DNA of 32,000 nucleotides from Patescibacteria group bacterium. Its GTDB lineage: Bacteria; Patescibacteriota; Patescibacteriia; 2-01-FULL-39-33. The stretch is from NCBI GenBank assembly GCA_041662745.1, contig JBAZRV010000001.1, forward strand, positions 120,001 through 152,000. Direction: 5' to 3'. Below are positions 7,211-15,306 of this stretch, piece by piece; the first letter of the stretch is position 1; each line of letters starts with the position of its first letter. The translations under genes were made by a program, and so were the position numbers. A model generated the notes under the pieces. The model searched no databases. It saw only the letters and a list, made by a program, of their open reading frames with translations, and had not been told where the DNA came from.

Positions 7211-7927
7211 TTATTGTTTTTTGCTTTTTTTCTGTCGCCATTTTTCCACGGCGCCATGATGGCCGGACAAAAGCACTTTGGGCACTCTTAATTTTTTGCC
7301 GTTAACCGTAAAAACTTCCGGTCGAGTATAGTGCGGATGCTCTAAGTAGCCGACGGTCGCATGCGATTCTTTCTCCACTGATTCCTGCTTGCCGACAAAG
7401 CCCGGCAATTGACGGCAGACGGCCTCAATAATCACTGCCGCCGGCAATTCGCCGCCGGCCAGAACATAATCGCCGATAGAAATTTTTTCATCAACTAATT
7501 TTTCCACTCGCGCGTCCACGCCTTCATATCGGGGACAGACAAAAACCAATTGCTCGTATTTGGCCAAACGCGCCGCATCTTTCTGAGTGAACCTCTTGCC
7601 GTTGGCCGCAGTTAAGATTATTCTGGTCTTTAGCTTGTAGCTTGTAGCTTGTAGCTTTTTATTACTATTATTCTTTTTGATTATTGTATCTTGTTTCTTG
7701 GTTATTGCTTTGAGTGCCTTATATATCGGTTCAATCTTAAACAGCAAACCCGCTCCCCCGCCATAAGGCTTAGCATCCACCGTCTGATGGCGATCGGTCG
7801 TCCAACGACGCAGGTTATGGGTCTTAACGGCGAATAATTTATTTTTCTGCGCGCGCTTAAACAAAGACTCATTAAAATATGATTCTAAAATTTCCGGAAA
7901 AATTGTAACAATATCAAATCGTTTCAT
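7211..7927 (-). CDS. trmD: tRNA (guanine37-N1)-methyltransferase TrmD
   Basis: Motifs DRHQTVDAKPYGGGAGLL, VCPRYEGVDARV, SIGDYVLAGGELPA and HPHYTRPE. Contains a lineage-specific low-complexity insertion (KKQDTIIKKNNSNKKLQATSYKLK). Confidence 0.9.
   Translation of the reverse strand: MKRFDIVTIFPEILESYFNESLFKRAQKNKLFAVKTHNLRRWTTDRHQTVDAKPYGGGAGLLFKIEPIYKALKAITKKQDTIIKKNNSNKKLQATSYKLKTRIILTAANGKRFTQKDAARLAKYEQLVFVCPRYEGVDARVEKLVDEKISIGDYVLAGGELPAAVIIEAVCRQLPGFVGKQESVEKESHATVGYLEHPHYTRPEVFTVNGKKLRVPKVLLSGHHGAVEKWRQKKSKKQ
7631..7657. repeat. Tandem heptanucleotide repeat (TAGCTTG, about 3.9 copies) inside trmD
   Basis: tagcttg tagcttg tagcttg tagctt read directly. It lies in an AT-rich insertion of about 80 nt within an otherwise roughly 50% GC gene. 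Confidence 0.9.
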
Positions 7928-8007
7928 ATAATCATTTCAAACAATTTAATTATAACAGATAATTTAAAACCGGCCAAAATGACCGGTAAAGAACTTTTTA
8001 TGTTATG

Positions 8008-8036
8008 AACATACTGTAAAAATAAAATTTTGTCAA
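8008..8036 (-). promoter_or_regulatory. Candidate trmD promoter
   Basis: Minus strand reads TTGACA-N17-TATGTT, directly after the khpA-like terminator. Confidence 0.35.
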
Positions 8037-8053
8037 GACTGCTTTATCTAAAC

Positions 8054-8085
8054 AAAACACCGCCCCAAGCGAGGCGGTGTTTTTA
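8054..8085 (-). terminator. Intrinsic terminator after the KH-domain gene
   Basis: 8-bp stem acaccgcc/ggcggtgt with 8-nt loop, followed on the minus strand by UUUUGUUU. Confidence 0.6.
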
Positions 8086-8102
8086 TGTTTCTGATGGCTT
8101 TA

Positions 8103-8429
8103 TTAAATGCTCAAGTCATCAACTACATCGGTGTCAACTCTTTCGGCATCAACCGGTCGAGAAGCGCGAGGGCCTCTGGAACCTTCCGGTTCATCAATTT
8201 TTAAGTTGACTCTGGCGTTGTTCTTAGCGCCGATGATTTTGGCCAAAGTTCTAATTGCTTTGGCGGTCTGGCCCTGGCGGCCGATAACGTAACCGATATC
8301 GGTGGGGGCGACATGGAGGGTCAATAAAACGCCTCTTTCGTCGACGGTTCTGTCGACTCTGACATCATCGGGGTTGGCAACAATCGCCTTGACGATGGTT
8401 TCTACAAACATTTGGTCTTTCTCAGCCAT
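8103..8429 (-). CDS. khpA: KH-domain RNA-binding protein (KhpA/YlqC-like) with an acidic C-terminal tail
   Basis: Core reads VKAIVANPDDVRV...LTLHVAPTDIGYVIGRQGQTAKAIRTLAKI, including a GxxG-type KH motif. The position next to trmD is typical of the rpsP-KH-rimM-trmD cluster. Confidence 0.75.
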   Translation of the reverse strand: MAEKDQMFVETIVKAIVANPDDVRVDRTVDERGVLLTLHVAPTDIGYVIGRQGQTAKAIRTLAKIIGAKNNARVNLKIDEPEGSRGPRASRPVDAERVDTDVVDDLSI

Positions 8430-8564
8430 ATTCTTTGTTTAATAATAAACCGATAACACTTTCACAAATTCCAGCAAAAGCGGAATAACTGCGAAGTAAG
8501 TTATCAAGGTTCATGGGTTTTTCTACCCTTCACCTGTGTATAATTATAGCAAATCAAAACAAAC

Positions 8565-8594
8565 TTGTCAAGAGGATGAAAAATCAAGTATAAT
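8565..8594 (+). promoter_or_regulatory. Candidate promoter of the tandem ATPase gene
   Basis: TTGTCA-N18-TATAAT, about 45 nt upstream of the ATG at 8641. It lies inside the GTG-extended ORF of the track, which argues against that extension. Confidence 0.4.
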
Positions 8595-8640
8595 AACAAT
8601 AAGAAAGACAAAAAACTATCTCTTACACTACACATCATAT

Positions 8641-11600
8641 ATGACTGATACTTTAGGACCATCACTGGAAGACCTTATGACGGGAGAGGCAACCGAAGAA
8701 GAATCGGCCGGAGAAAAACTCCAACAGAAATTGACGCAAATAAAAATCAAGGAAAAAGAGGACGAGGTGGCGAAAAACGCCGACGCCTTGGGTTTGCCTT
8801 ATATTAATTTAGTCGGTTTCCCTATTTCTCCCGACGCGCTAAGCTCTATTGCTGAAGCAGCGGCCAAAGCCGCTCAAGCGATTTGTTTTTTCAATAACGG
8901 TTCGGAGTTGCGCGTCGGTTGCGTAAATTATAATGATGAAGTCAAAAAAATAGTGGCTGACTTGCAAGAAAAATTCCACGCCAATGTCCTGCCTTATCTT
9001 ATTTCCCAACACAGTTTTGAACGCTCGGCTAAATTATATGACTCTCTGCCTAAAATCACCCGACTGGTGGGCGGAGTGGAAATAAAAAAAGAAGATATTG
9101 AGCGTTTTGAAAAAGAAATAACCACTTTCAAAGATTTAAATGAAAAAATAAATAAAGTTAGCATCACTGACGTAGTGGCGATTATTTTGGCAGCCGGCCT
9201 TAAGGCCGAAGCTTCGGATGTCCATATTGAAGCCGAGGAGAAAGGCATCATAGTGCGCTTGCGCGTGGATGGCGTTTTGCATGATTCGGCCATGATTGAA
9301 AAAGATAAATGGAAAAAAATAATTGCTCGCCTTAAAGTTTTGGCGCGAGTCAAAATCAATATTGATGACAAGCCCCAAGACGGCCGTTTCACTATTTTTT
9401 TAGAAGATGACGCCGTGGATGTCAGAACATCCTTCCTGCCGACTAATTTTGGCGAGAGCGTGGTTATGCGTTTACTGCATTCCCAGTCAGTCGCCCTGTC
9501 TTTTGAACAGCTGGGTTTATTGCCGGCGGCCTTTAAAACATTGGAGGCGGAAATTAAAAAACCCAACGGCTTAATCTTGACTGCCGGCCCTACCGGCTCG
9601 GGTAAAACCACTACCCTGTATGCAATTCTCAATAAACTCAATCATCCGGACGTAAAAATCATCACTTTGGAAGATCCGATTGAATATCGCCTTAAGGGCA
9701 TTAACCAATCACAGGTAGACCCCAAGAAAGATTATACTTTTGCCAAGGGCTTGCGTTCTATTTTGCGCCAAGATCCGGATATTGTAATGGTTGGCGAAAT
9801 TCGCGACAATGAGACGGCTGATATCGCCACTCAAGCGGCCCTGACCGGCCACCTGGTGCTTTCTACCGTCCATACCAACGATGCGGCCGGCGTGATCCCG
9901 CGCTTAATGGATATGGGCATTAAACCCTTCTTTATTGTTCCGTCCATTAACGCCGTTATCGGCCAACGCTTGGTGCGTAAACTTTGCGAGAAATGCAAAC
10001 AACCGCATCAAATTACAGAAGAGGAAAAAACCACCATAGAGAAGATTTTGGCGACCATCTCGCCCAAATCGGGCATTGATGTTCCGGCCAACCTGCCCCA
10101 AATGTACGAACCCGGTCCGGGTTGCGAGACTTGTGGCGGCATCGGCTATAAGGGCCGCATCGGCATCTATGAAATTTTCACCATGACCGACAATATCAAA
10201 ACCTTGACTATGGCCGGAGCGGCGGCTTTTGAAATTCTCAAACAAGCGATTGAAAACGGCATGATTACCATGTTGCAAGACGGCATCATTAAATCTTTAA
10301 ACGGCGTTACTGATGTGCAAGAAGTTTTCCGCGTTATCGGCAAATTGGATTATGTGGAAGAACTTTATGATATTGTCATTACTCAAACAATCGGCCGTGG
10401 CATCAGTTTGACTGCCAAAGAATTAATAAAAGGCGAGGAACTATCCAAAAACTTAAAACAAATCCAAGAAAGCTTAGAAAATCTGCCCGCCAAAGAATTA
10501 ACGGCTCTATTAATGGCTGCAGCGCTTAAAGCGGATGCCGGCGATATTCATATTGAACCGACCGATACCGGCGTTAAGGTGCGCTTCAGAATTGATGGCA
10601 TCTTATATGATATGGCTACGCTGGATAAAAGCCAATACCTGCCGGTTTTATCCAATATGAAAATTTTAGCCGGCATGCCCACCAATATTAAAAAGGCGGC
10701 TTGGGACGGACGGTTCGGCATCTTTACGCCACAAGCTAAATTGGATTGTCGCATTTCCATTATCTCCGGCGGTTACGGTGAAACAATCGTTATCCGTATT
10801 TTATCGGCGCAAGCCGCCAGCCTGAGAGTTGAGGATTTGGGTATGCGCGAGTATTCTTTAAGGTTGCTGCAAGGGTCAATGGAAAAGACTAAGGGTATTA
10901 TTGTCACTACCGGGCCGACGGGCTCGGGCAAAACCACTACCCTGTATGCCCTGCTTAATCAACTTAACAAACCGGACACCAAGATTATTACCATAGAAGA
11001 TCCGATTGAGTATCATTTGGCCGGCGTAATGCAGACGCAAATTGATGAGGCTCAAGGCTACACTTTTGCCGCGGCCATGCGTTCCTTGTTGCGTCAAAAT
11101 CCCAACATCATGATGATCGGAGAAATCCGCGATAGCGAGACGGCTAAAACAGCGATTGAAGCGGCTTTGACCGGCCACTTAGTCTTATCCACCATCCACA
11201 CCAATTCCGCGGCCGGCGCCTTCCCGCGTTTCTTGGGGTTAGGCATTGAACCTCATATTTTAGCCAACTCCTTAGAGTGCACTATTGGCCAACGTTTAGT
11301 CAGAAAAATCTGTCCTTATTGCAAACAGCCGGTTGAGCTTAATCCGGAGATTGCTGGGGAGGTGGAAAAAATAATCAAAAGCATCAATACCAAATCGGGA
11401 GCCAAAATACCTGATAAACCGACTTATTTCAAAGCGGTTGGTTGCGAAAAATGCGGCGGTTTGGGTTACAAAGGACGTTTAGGCATCTATGAAGTCATAC
11501 CGAATACCGCTGAAATGCAAAAAGTGGTGCAAGGACCGGCGGTTACCAATTTGGAAATTGAAGCCTTAGCCGTTAAAGAAGGGGTAGTTCTAATGCTGCA

Positions 11601-11667
11601 GGACGGTATCCTAAAGGCTATGGCCGGAGAAACAACAGTGGAAGAAGTATTCCGAGTAGCCAAATAG
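8641..11667 (+). CDS. Tandem-duplicated PilB/GspE-family secretion ATPase (N-terminal T2SSE_N-like domain plus two complete ATPase modules)
   Basis: Each motif occurs twice. Walker A GPTGSGKTTT at nt 9586 and 10912. Asp box ITLEDPIEY / ITIEDPIEY. Walker B DPDIVMVGEIRD / NPNIMMIGEIRD. His box TGHLVLSTVHTN / TGHLVLSTIHTN. Tetra-Cys CEKCKQ..CETCGGIGYKGR / CPYCKQ..CEKCGGLGYKGR. Both modules end EVFRV. The start at ATG 8641 is preferred over GTG 8536. Confidence 0.85.
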   Translation: MTDTLGPSLEDLMTGEATEEESAGEKLQQKLTQIKIKEKEDEVAKNADALGLPYINLVGFPISPDALSSIAEAAAKAAQAICFFNNGSELRVGCVNYNDEVKKIVADLQEKFHANVLPYLISQHSFERSAKLYDSLPKITRLVGGVEIKKEDIERFEKEITTFKDLNEKINKVSITDVVAIILAAGLKAEASDVHIEAEEKGIIVRLRVDGVLHDSAMIEKDKWKKIIARLKVLARVKINIDDKPQDGRFTIFLEDDAVDVRTSFLPTNFGESVVMRLLHSQSVALSFEQLGLLPAAFKTLEAEIKKPNGLILTAGPTGSGKTTTLYAILNKLNHPDVKIITLEDPIEYRLKGINQSQVDPKKDYTFAKGLRSILRQDPDIVMVGEIRDNETADIATQAALTGHLVLSTVHTNDAAGVIPRLMDMGIKPFFIVPSINAVIGQRLVRKLCEKCKQPHQITEEEKTTIEKILATISPKSGIDVPANLPQMYEPGPGCETCGGIGYKGRIGIYEIFTMTDNIKTLTMAGAAAFEILKQAIENGMITMLQDGIIKSLNGVTDVQEVFRVIGKLDYVEELYDIVITQTIGRGISLTAKELIKGEELSKNLKQIQESLENLPAKELTALLMAAALKADAGDIHIEPTDTGVKVRFRIDGILYDMATLDKSQYLPVLSNMKILAGMPTNIKKAAWDGRFGIFTPQAKLDCRISIISGGYGETIVIRILSAQAASLRVEDLGMREYSLRLLQGSMEKTKGIIVTTGPTGSGKTTTLYALLNQLNKPDTKIITIEDPIEYHLAGVMQTQIDEAQGYTFAAAMRSLLRQNPNIMMIGEIRDSETAKTAIEAALTGHLVLSTIHTNSAAGAFPRFLGLGIEPHILANSLECTIGQRLVRKICPYCKQPVELNPEIAGEVEKIIKSINTKSGAKIPDKPTYFKAVGCEKCGGLGYKGRLGIYEVIPNTAEMQKVVQGPAVTNLEIEALAVKEGVVLMLQDGILKAMAGETTVEEVFRVAK

Positions 11668-11686
11668 ATTTATAACAGCTGAAAGT

Positions 11687-11714
11687 AAAAACTCCGAGAC
11701 TGTTCGGAGTTTTT
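11687..11714. terminator. Bidirectional intrinsic terminator between convergent genes
   Basis: aaaaactccga-gactgt-tcggagttttt; stem flanked by an A-run and a T-run. Confidence 0.7.
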
Positions 11715-11750
11715 ATATTAAAAATATTATTTTTATTTAATTCCTAAAGA

Positions 11751-12275
11751 CTAATCCATATGAATCATCCTTTGGGGATTATAAGCTGGCTTTTTGCCGT
11801 AAACAGCTATGCCATGATTAATTATCTTCTGGTCTTTCTCTTGAGCGTGCCATCTTTCCTTAAGCTCTTCGTACGACAAATAGACGTAAGCGAAGGAATA
11901 AGGATCTTCAAAAAATATTTTATCTTTATCGTAGCCGATGGCGATAGCCCAATGGCCGTCACGGTAACTGTCGGTATAATCAATTTTCTCAAAACTCCAA
12001 GCTTGTAACAGTAACATAACGGGAATCTTCTTATCAAGATACTTCTTTAATTCTTTAACGGTTAGGCTTCGCGAATCAGTCTTTAAACCGTATTTTTTGA
12101 AAACCGCTACCAGAGGGTTTATCAATGTTCCTTCTTTTTTATTGGTTTTAGCACATTTAATAAGCGCCTCTTCACGCACTTCTAGGCCGTAATAGAGCAA
12201 GACCGCCTGCAGGGCCTTGGCGCCGCAATCATATTCGTAAGTCTGTATGACCCTGGGAAAATTCAATTGCTTCAT
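11751..12275 (-). CDS. Stand-alone papain-like cysteine peptidase, C39-like
   Basis: 174 aa. Candidate catalytic Cys in QTYEYDCGAKALQAVLLYYG and His in DGHWAIAIGYD. Size and order match single-domain C39-type peptidases. Confidence 0.65.
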   Translation of the reverse strand: MKQLNFPRVIQTYEYDCGAKALQAVLLYYGLEVREEALIKCAKTNKKEGTLINPLVAVFKKYGLKTDSRSLTVKELKKYLDKKIPVMLLLQAWSFEKIDYTDSYRDGHWAIAIGYDKDKIFFEDPYSFAYVYLSYEELKERWHAQEKDQKIINHGIAVYGKKPAYNPQRMIHMD

Positions 12276-12299
12276 ATGATTATTTATGGAATAATAAAA

Positions 12300-12737
12300 T
12301 TATTTTATTTTGATTTCCCTTTCATCACCTTTTAAAATTTTAAACTCAATTCTAATTATCTTCTTCGGCCAGATATCGCGAACGCGATCGGCCCATTCAA
12401 TAACCGTCACGCAATCAGGGTCGGACAAATAATCCAACGCGCCAATGGCCGCCAGCTGTTCTCCGTCAATCAAGCGATAAGCGTCAATGTGAACCAATTG
12501 CCTGATTTCTGACTTTGCCGGCTGGCGGCTTTCAATTTTATAATTTTTCATTAATACGAAAGTCGGACTGGTAATAATGCCTTTGATTCCCAATCCGCCG
12601 GCCAAACCTTTGGTAAAAGCTGTCTTGCCGGCGCCTAAATCGCCAATCAAACAAAAAACTTCTCCGCCTTGCAACTGTTTAGATAATTTTTTGGCAAAAT
12701 TATATGTTTCCTTTTCTGATTTGGAAATAAACTTCAT
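12300..12737 (-). CDS. tsaE: tRNA t6A37 biosynthesis ATPase TsaE
   Basis: GDLGAGKTAFTKGL P-loop followed by SPTF and HIDAYR motifs. Lies immediately downstream of tsaD. Confidence 0.85.
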   Translation of the reverse strand: MKFISKSEKETYNFAKKLSKQLQGGEVFCLIGDLGAGKTAFTKGLAGGLGIKGIITSPTFVLMKNYKIESRQPAKSEIRQLVHIDAYRLIDGEQLAAIGALDYLSDPDCVTVIEWADRVRDIWPKKIIRIEFKILKGDEREIKIK

Positions 12738-12755
12738 AAAAATTTTAACTTTAAC

Positions 12756-13787
12756 TTATACCAGTTCCCAATTCGGATTAGCCGTGGCTCTTTTATAATT
12801 TTCTATCGGCACCTTTTTCTTGGCTGAAAGATAATAAGCAGCTAATCCCACCATAGCAGCATTATCAGTACAAAGCTTGAATTCCGGTATGGTAAATTTT
12901 AGGCCGGATTTTTCTGCTTGCAGCTTCAGTTCCTCCCTTAGCCGCTTATTGGCGGCAACTCCTCCGGCCATCATTACTGTTTTTACTTTATATTTTTTAG
13001 CCGCTTTGATTGTTTTGCTCACCAAAACCTCTACCGCCGCTTCTTGAAATTCATAAGCCATGGCCGAACGAAAAACGTCGTCAAGATGGCGAATTTTCTG
13101 AGTAGCATACAAAACCGCCGTTTTGAGTCCGGAAAAACTAAAATTAAAATCATTGGACTTCAGCATGGGTCGGGGCAAATCAATTTTCTTATACATTTTC
13201 TTGCTATTGCCATATTCCTCGGCTAAACGAGAGATCGCCGGACCGCCCGGATATCCCAAATTCAATAATTTAGCCACTTTATCAAACGCCTCGCCCGCAG
13301 CATCATCAACCGTTTGTCCGATTTTAATATACTTATAATAACTGTTCAACACTACTATTTCCGTATGGCCGCCGGACACCACCAAACAAACAGCGGGAAA
13401 GGACAAATTAGCATCTAAAAAATTAGCAGCAATGTGCGCGTACATATGATTAACCGCCAAAAGCGGTTTATGCCACGCTAAAGACAAACCCTTGGCTGTT
13501 TCTAATCCCACTACCAAAGAACTCACTAATCCCGGTCCGGAAACGGCGGCTAATAAATCAACGTCTTGTGATTTAATATTGGCCTTAGTTAAGGCTTCCA
13601 TTACTACCGGCAAAACATTTTTAATATGATGGCGCGCGGCTATTTCCGGCACTACTCCGCCGTATTCTTTATGGATATTTATTTGTGAAGAAACAATATT
13701 AGACATTATTTCCAATTGGCCGCGATCAGCCTTAATAACGGCCGCGGAAGTTTCATCACAAGATGTTTCTAAAGCTAAAATTTTCAT
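12756..13787 (-). CDS. tsaD: tRNA N6-adenosine threonylcarbamoyltransferase TsaD (Kae1/Qri7 family)
   Basis: MKILALETSCDETSAAV, GVVPEIAARHH, VSGGHTE, GGPAI and MMAGGVAANKRLRE motifs. Confidence 0.9.
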   Translation of the reverse strand: MKILALETSCDETSAAVIKADRGQLEIMSNIVSSQINIHKEYGGVVPEIAARHHIKNVLPVVMEALTKANIKSQDVDLLAAVSGPGLVSSLVVGLETAKGLSLAWHKPLLAVNHMYAHIAANFLDANLSFPAVCLVVSGGHTEIVVLNSYYKYIKIGQTVDDAAGEAFDKVAKLLNLGYPGGPAISRLAEEYGNSKKMYKKIDLPRPMLKSNDFNFSFSGLKTAVLYATQKIRHLDDVFRSAMAYEFQEAAVEVLVSKTIKAAKKYKVKTVMMAGGVAANKRLREELKLQAEKSGLKFTIPEFKLCTDNAAMVGLAAYYLSAKKKVPIENYKRATANPNWELV

Positions 13788-13902
13788 AAGCTTACTTTAA
13801 ATTTACCCGAAAATTAGTCTTTTGGCAATATTTGGAGTATAATTCAATAAAAGGCGGGATTTTAAAGTTGTAAGGTTGGTTAATAATTCAAATTATTGTT
13901 CT

Positions 13903-15042
13903 ATGACTAATAATCATAAAATAATTCTAATTGTTAGTGTAATTATCATTGCCATATCAATGGCCGTCTTTTACTTCTTGCCGCGGCATACGGCTGAATC
14001 GCAACAAATTGCAGAAGAAGAAATCTCTACTGCCATTAAGCCGTTGCCTACGCCAGTTAAAGTCAAAGGGATTTATATGACCGGCTATGCTTTTAGTAAT
14101 TCAAAATTCCGCCAACAATTAATTGATTTAGCGGAGAATACCGAACTTAATGCCTTGGTAATTGATTTTAAAGACCCGGCGGGTAAATTAATGTTTAAAC
14201 CGCAAGACGAGCTATTAAAAAACTGGCCTCTTTCCAAAACATCATTAGCTTATAATGACTACCAACAAATAATTACTGATTTGCAAAATAAAAATATTTA
14301 TACGATCGCCAGGATTACCACTTTCCAAGATCCGACGGCCGTAGCGGCCTTTAAAAATCTAGCTCTAAAAAATATTAATGGCGGTATTTGGTTGGATAAT
14401 CGCGGGATTTCCTGGTTGGATATGACTAATCCTGATTCTTGGGATTTAGTGGTCAGGCAAGCCCGAGAGGCTAAGGAGATCGGTTTTGACGAAATACAAT
14501 TCGATTATATTCGTTTTCCGTCTGATGGCAATATAAAAACCATCAGTTATGGCAACTTTCCGCCAAACAAAAAACGTTTTGAAATATTAAATGATTTTTT
14601 CTCTTACTTAAAAACTCAACTTAAAGACATCGGTGTTCCTCTTTCCATTGATTTATTCGGCCTGACTTATTGGCAAAGAAGCGATCCTGAATATGATTTG
14701 GGTATCGGACAAAGATTAACGGATGCGGCTCAATACTTTGATTATATTTCTCCTATGGTTTATCCTTCCCATTACTATTCCGGCATTATGGGTTTTGATA
14801 ATCCCGCGGCCCATCCGTATGAAATAGTCAATAAAGCCCTGCGAGATGGCAATCTTATGATTGCTACCGCCTCCTCTACCGCGCAAAGCCGGCCTTGGCT
14901 GCAGGATTTTAATCTGGGAGCCACTTATACCGCCAGTATGGTAAGGGCGCAAATTAAAGCAGTTGACGATAATAACGCTTCCGGCTGGTTATTATGGAAT
15001 GCTGGTAACAGATACACTTCTGGCGCTTTGGAGAAGGAATAA
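13903..15042 (+). CDS. Membrane-anchored putative glycoside hydrolase (DUF4015/COG1306-type TIM barrel)
   Basis: N-terminal TM segment IILIVSVIIIAISMAVFYF. VKGIYMTGY..LNALVIDFKD..ARITTFQD..FDEIQFDYIRFP pattern. The alternative TTG start at 13876 (track) cannot be excluded. Confidence 0.6.
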   Translation: MTNNHKIILIVSVIIIAISMAVFYFLPRHTAESQQIAEEEISTAIKPLPTPVKVKGIYMTGYAFSNSKFRQQLIDLAENTELNALVIDFKDPAGKLMFKPQDELLKNWPLSKTSLAYNDYQQIITDLQNKNIYTIARITTFQDPTAVAAFKNLALKNINGGIWLDNRGISWLDMTNPDSWDLVVRQAREAKEIGFDEIQFDYIRFPSDGNIKTISYGNFPPNKKRFEILNDFFSYLKTQLKDIGVPLSIDLFGLTYWQRSDPEYDLGIGQRLTDAAQYFDYISPMVYPSHYYSGIMGFDNPAAHPYEIVNKALRDGNLMIATASSTAQSRPWLQDFNLGATYTASMVRAQIKAVDDNNASGWLLWNAGNRYTSGALEKE

Positions 15043-15047
15043 TTCCC

Positions 15048-15076
15048 TTGACAAAAAAGAGAAAATAAATTATACT
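15048..15076 (+). promoter_or_regulatory. Candidate tRNA-Glu promoter
   Basis: Consensus TTGACA-N17-TATACT, 34 nt upstream of the tRNA. Confidence 0.45.
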
Positions 15077-15109
15077 GAAAAAGTCTTTTAAATTTCCCGG
15101 CAAAAATTT

Positions 15110-15181
15110 GCCGCCATCGTCTATCGGTTAGGACAGCGGGTTTTCAATCCGTTAAGCGGGGTTCGACTCCCCGTGGCGGTA
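15110..15181 (+). tRNA. tRNA-Glu (anticodon UUC)
   Basis: 72-nt cloverleaf: GCCGCCA/TGGCGGT acceptor (G1.U72), GTCT..GGAC D arm, anticodon loop TTTTCAA, T arm CGGGG-TTCGACT-CCCCG. No encoded CCA. Confidence 0.9.
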
Positions 15182-15186
15182 CATAA

Positions 15187-15224
15187 TAAAACAAATAATA
15201 GGCTTTGTGCCTATTTTTTGTTTT
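15187..15224 (+). terminator. Intrinsic terminator after tRNA-Glu
   Basis: aaaacaaataataggc-tttgt-gcctattttttgtttt; the stem is followed by a T-run. Confidence 0.6.
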
Positions 15225-15306
15225 ATTATAATAAGGTTTTGCCTTATGTTATTTTGTTTGAAATAAAGTTTGCCGGCTTTTTATATTTTATAAAGATAAT
15301 TCTAAA

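Noticed and set aside
7631-7657. The tandem repeat considered as a CRISPR-like or phase-variation locus. The window was also scanned generally for CRISPR arrays.
   Set aside because: The unit is only 7 nt with no spacers and lies inside trmD, so it is not a CRISPR array. No repeat-spacer array exists anywhere in the window. Phase variation of an essential gene is unlikely and remains speculative.
7969-7987. GC hairpin accggcc-aaaat-gaccggt followed by UUUAAAUU in the putative trmD 5' UTR, considered as a possible attenuator.
   Set aside because: The stem is short and contains a mismatch, the U-tract is poor, and no alternative antiterminator pairing was found.
8536-8640. GTG-initiated N-terminal extension (MYNYSKSKQTCQEDEK...) of the ATPase ORF given in the track.
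   Set aside because: The extension is AT-rich low-complexity sequence and contains a good TTGTCA-N18-TATAAT promoter. The ATG at 8641 precedes the conserved N-terminal domain.
8994-11178. Antisense ORFs inside the ATPase gene (8994..9641, 9136..9378, 9904..10278, 10548..10760, 10876..11178). Similar ones occur inside gyrA (29495..30046, 29769..30002, 30033..30245, 30504..30938, 31704..31889) and other genes.
   Set aside because: These are shadow ORFs opposite strongly supported conserved genes, with no start-site signals or recognisable motifs.
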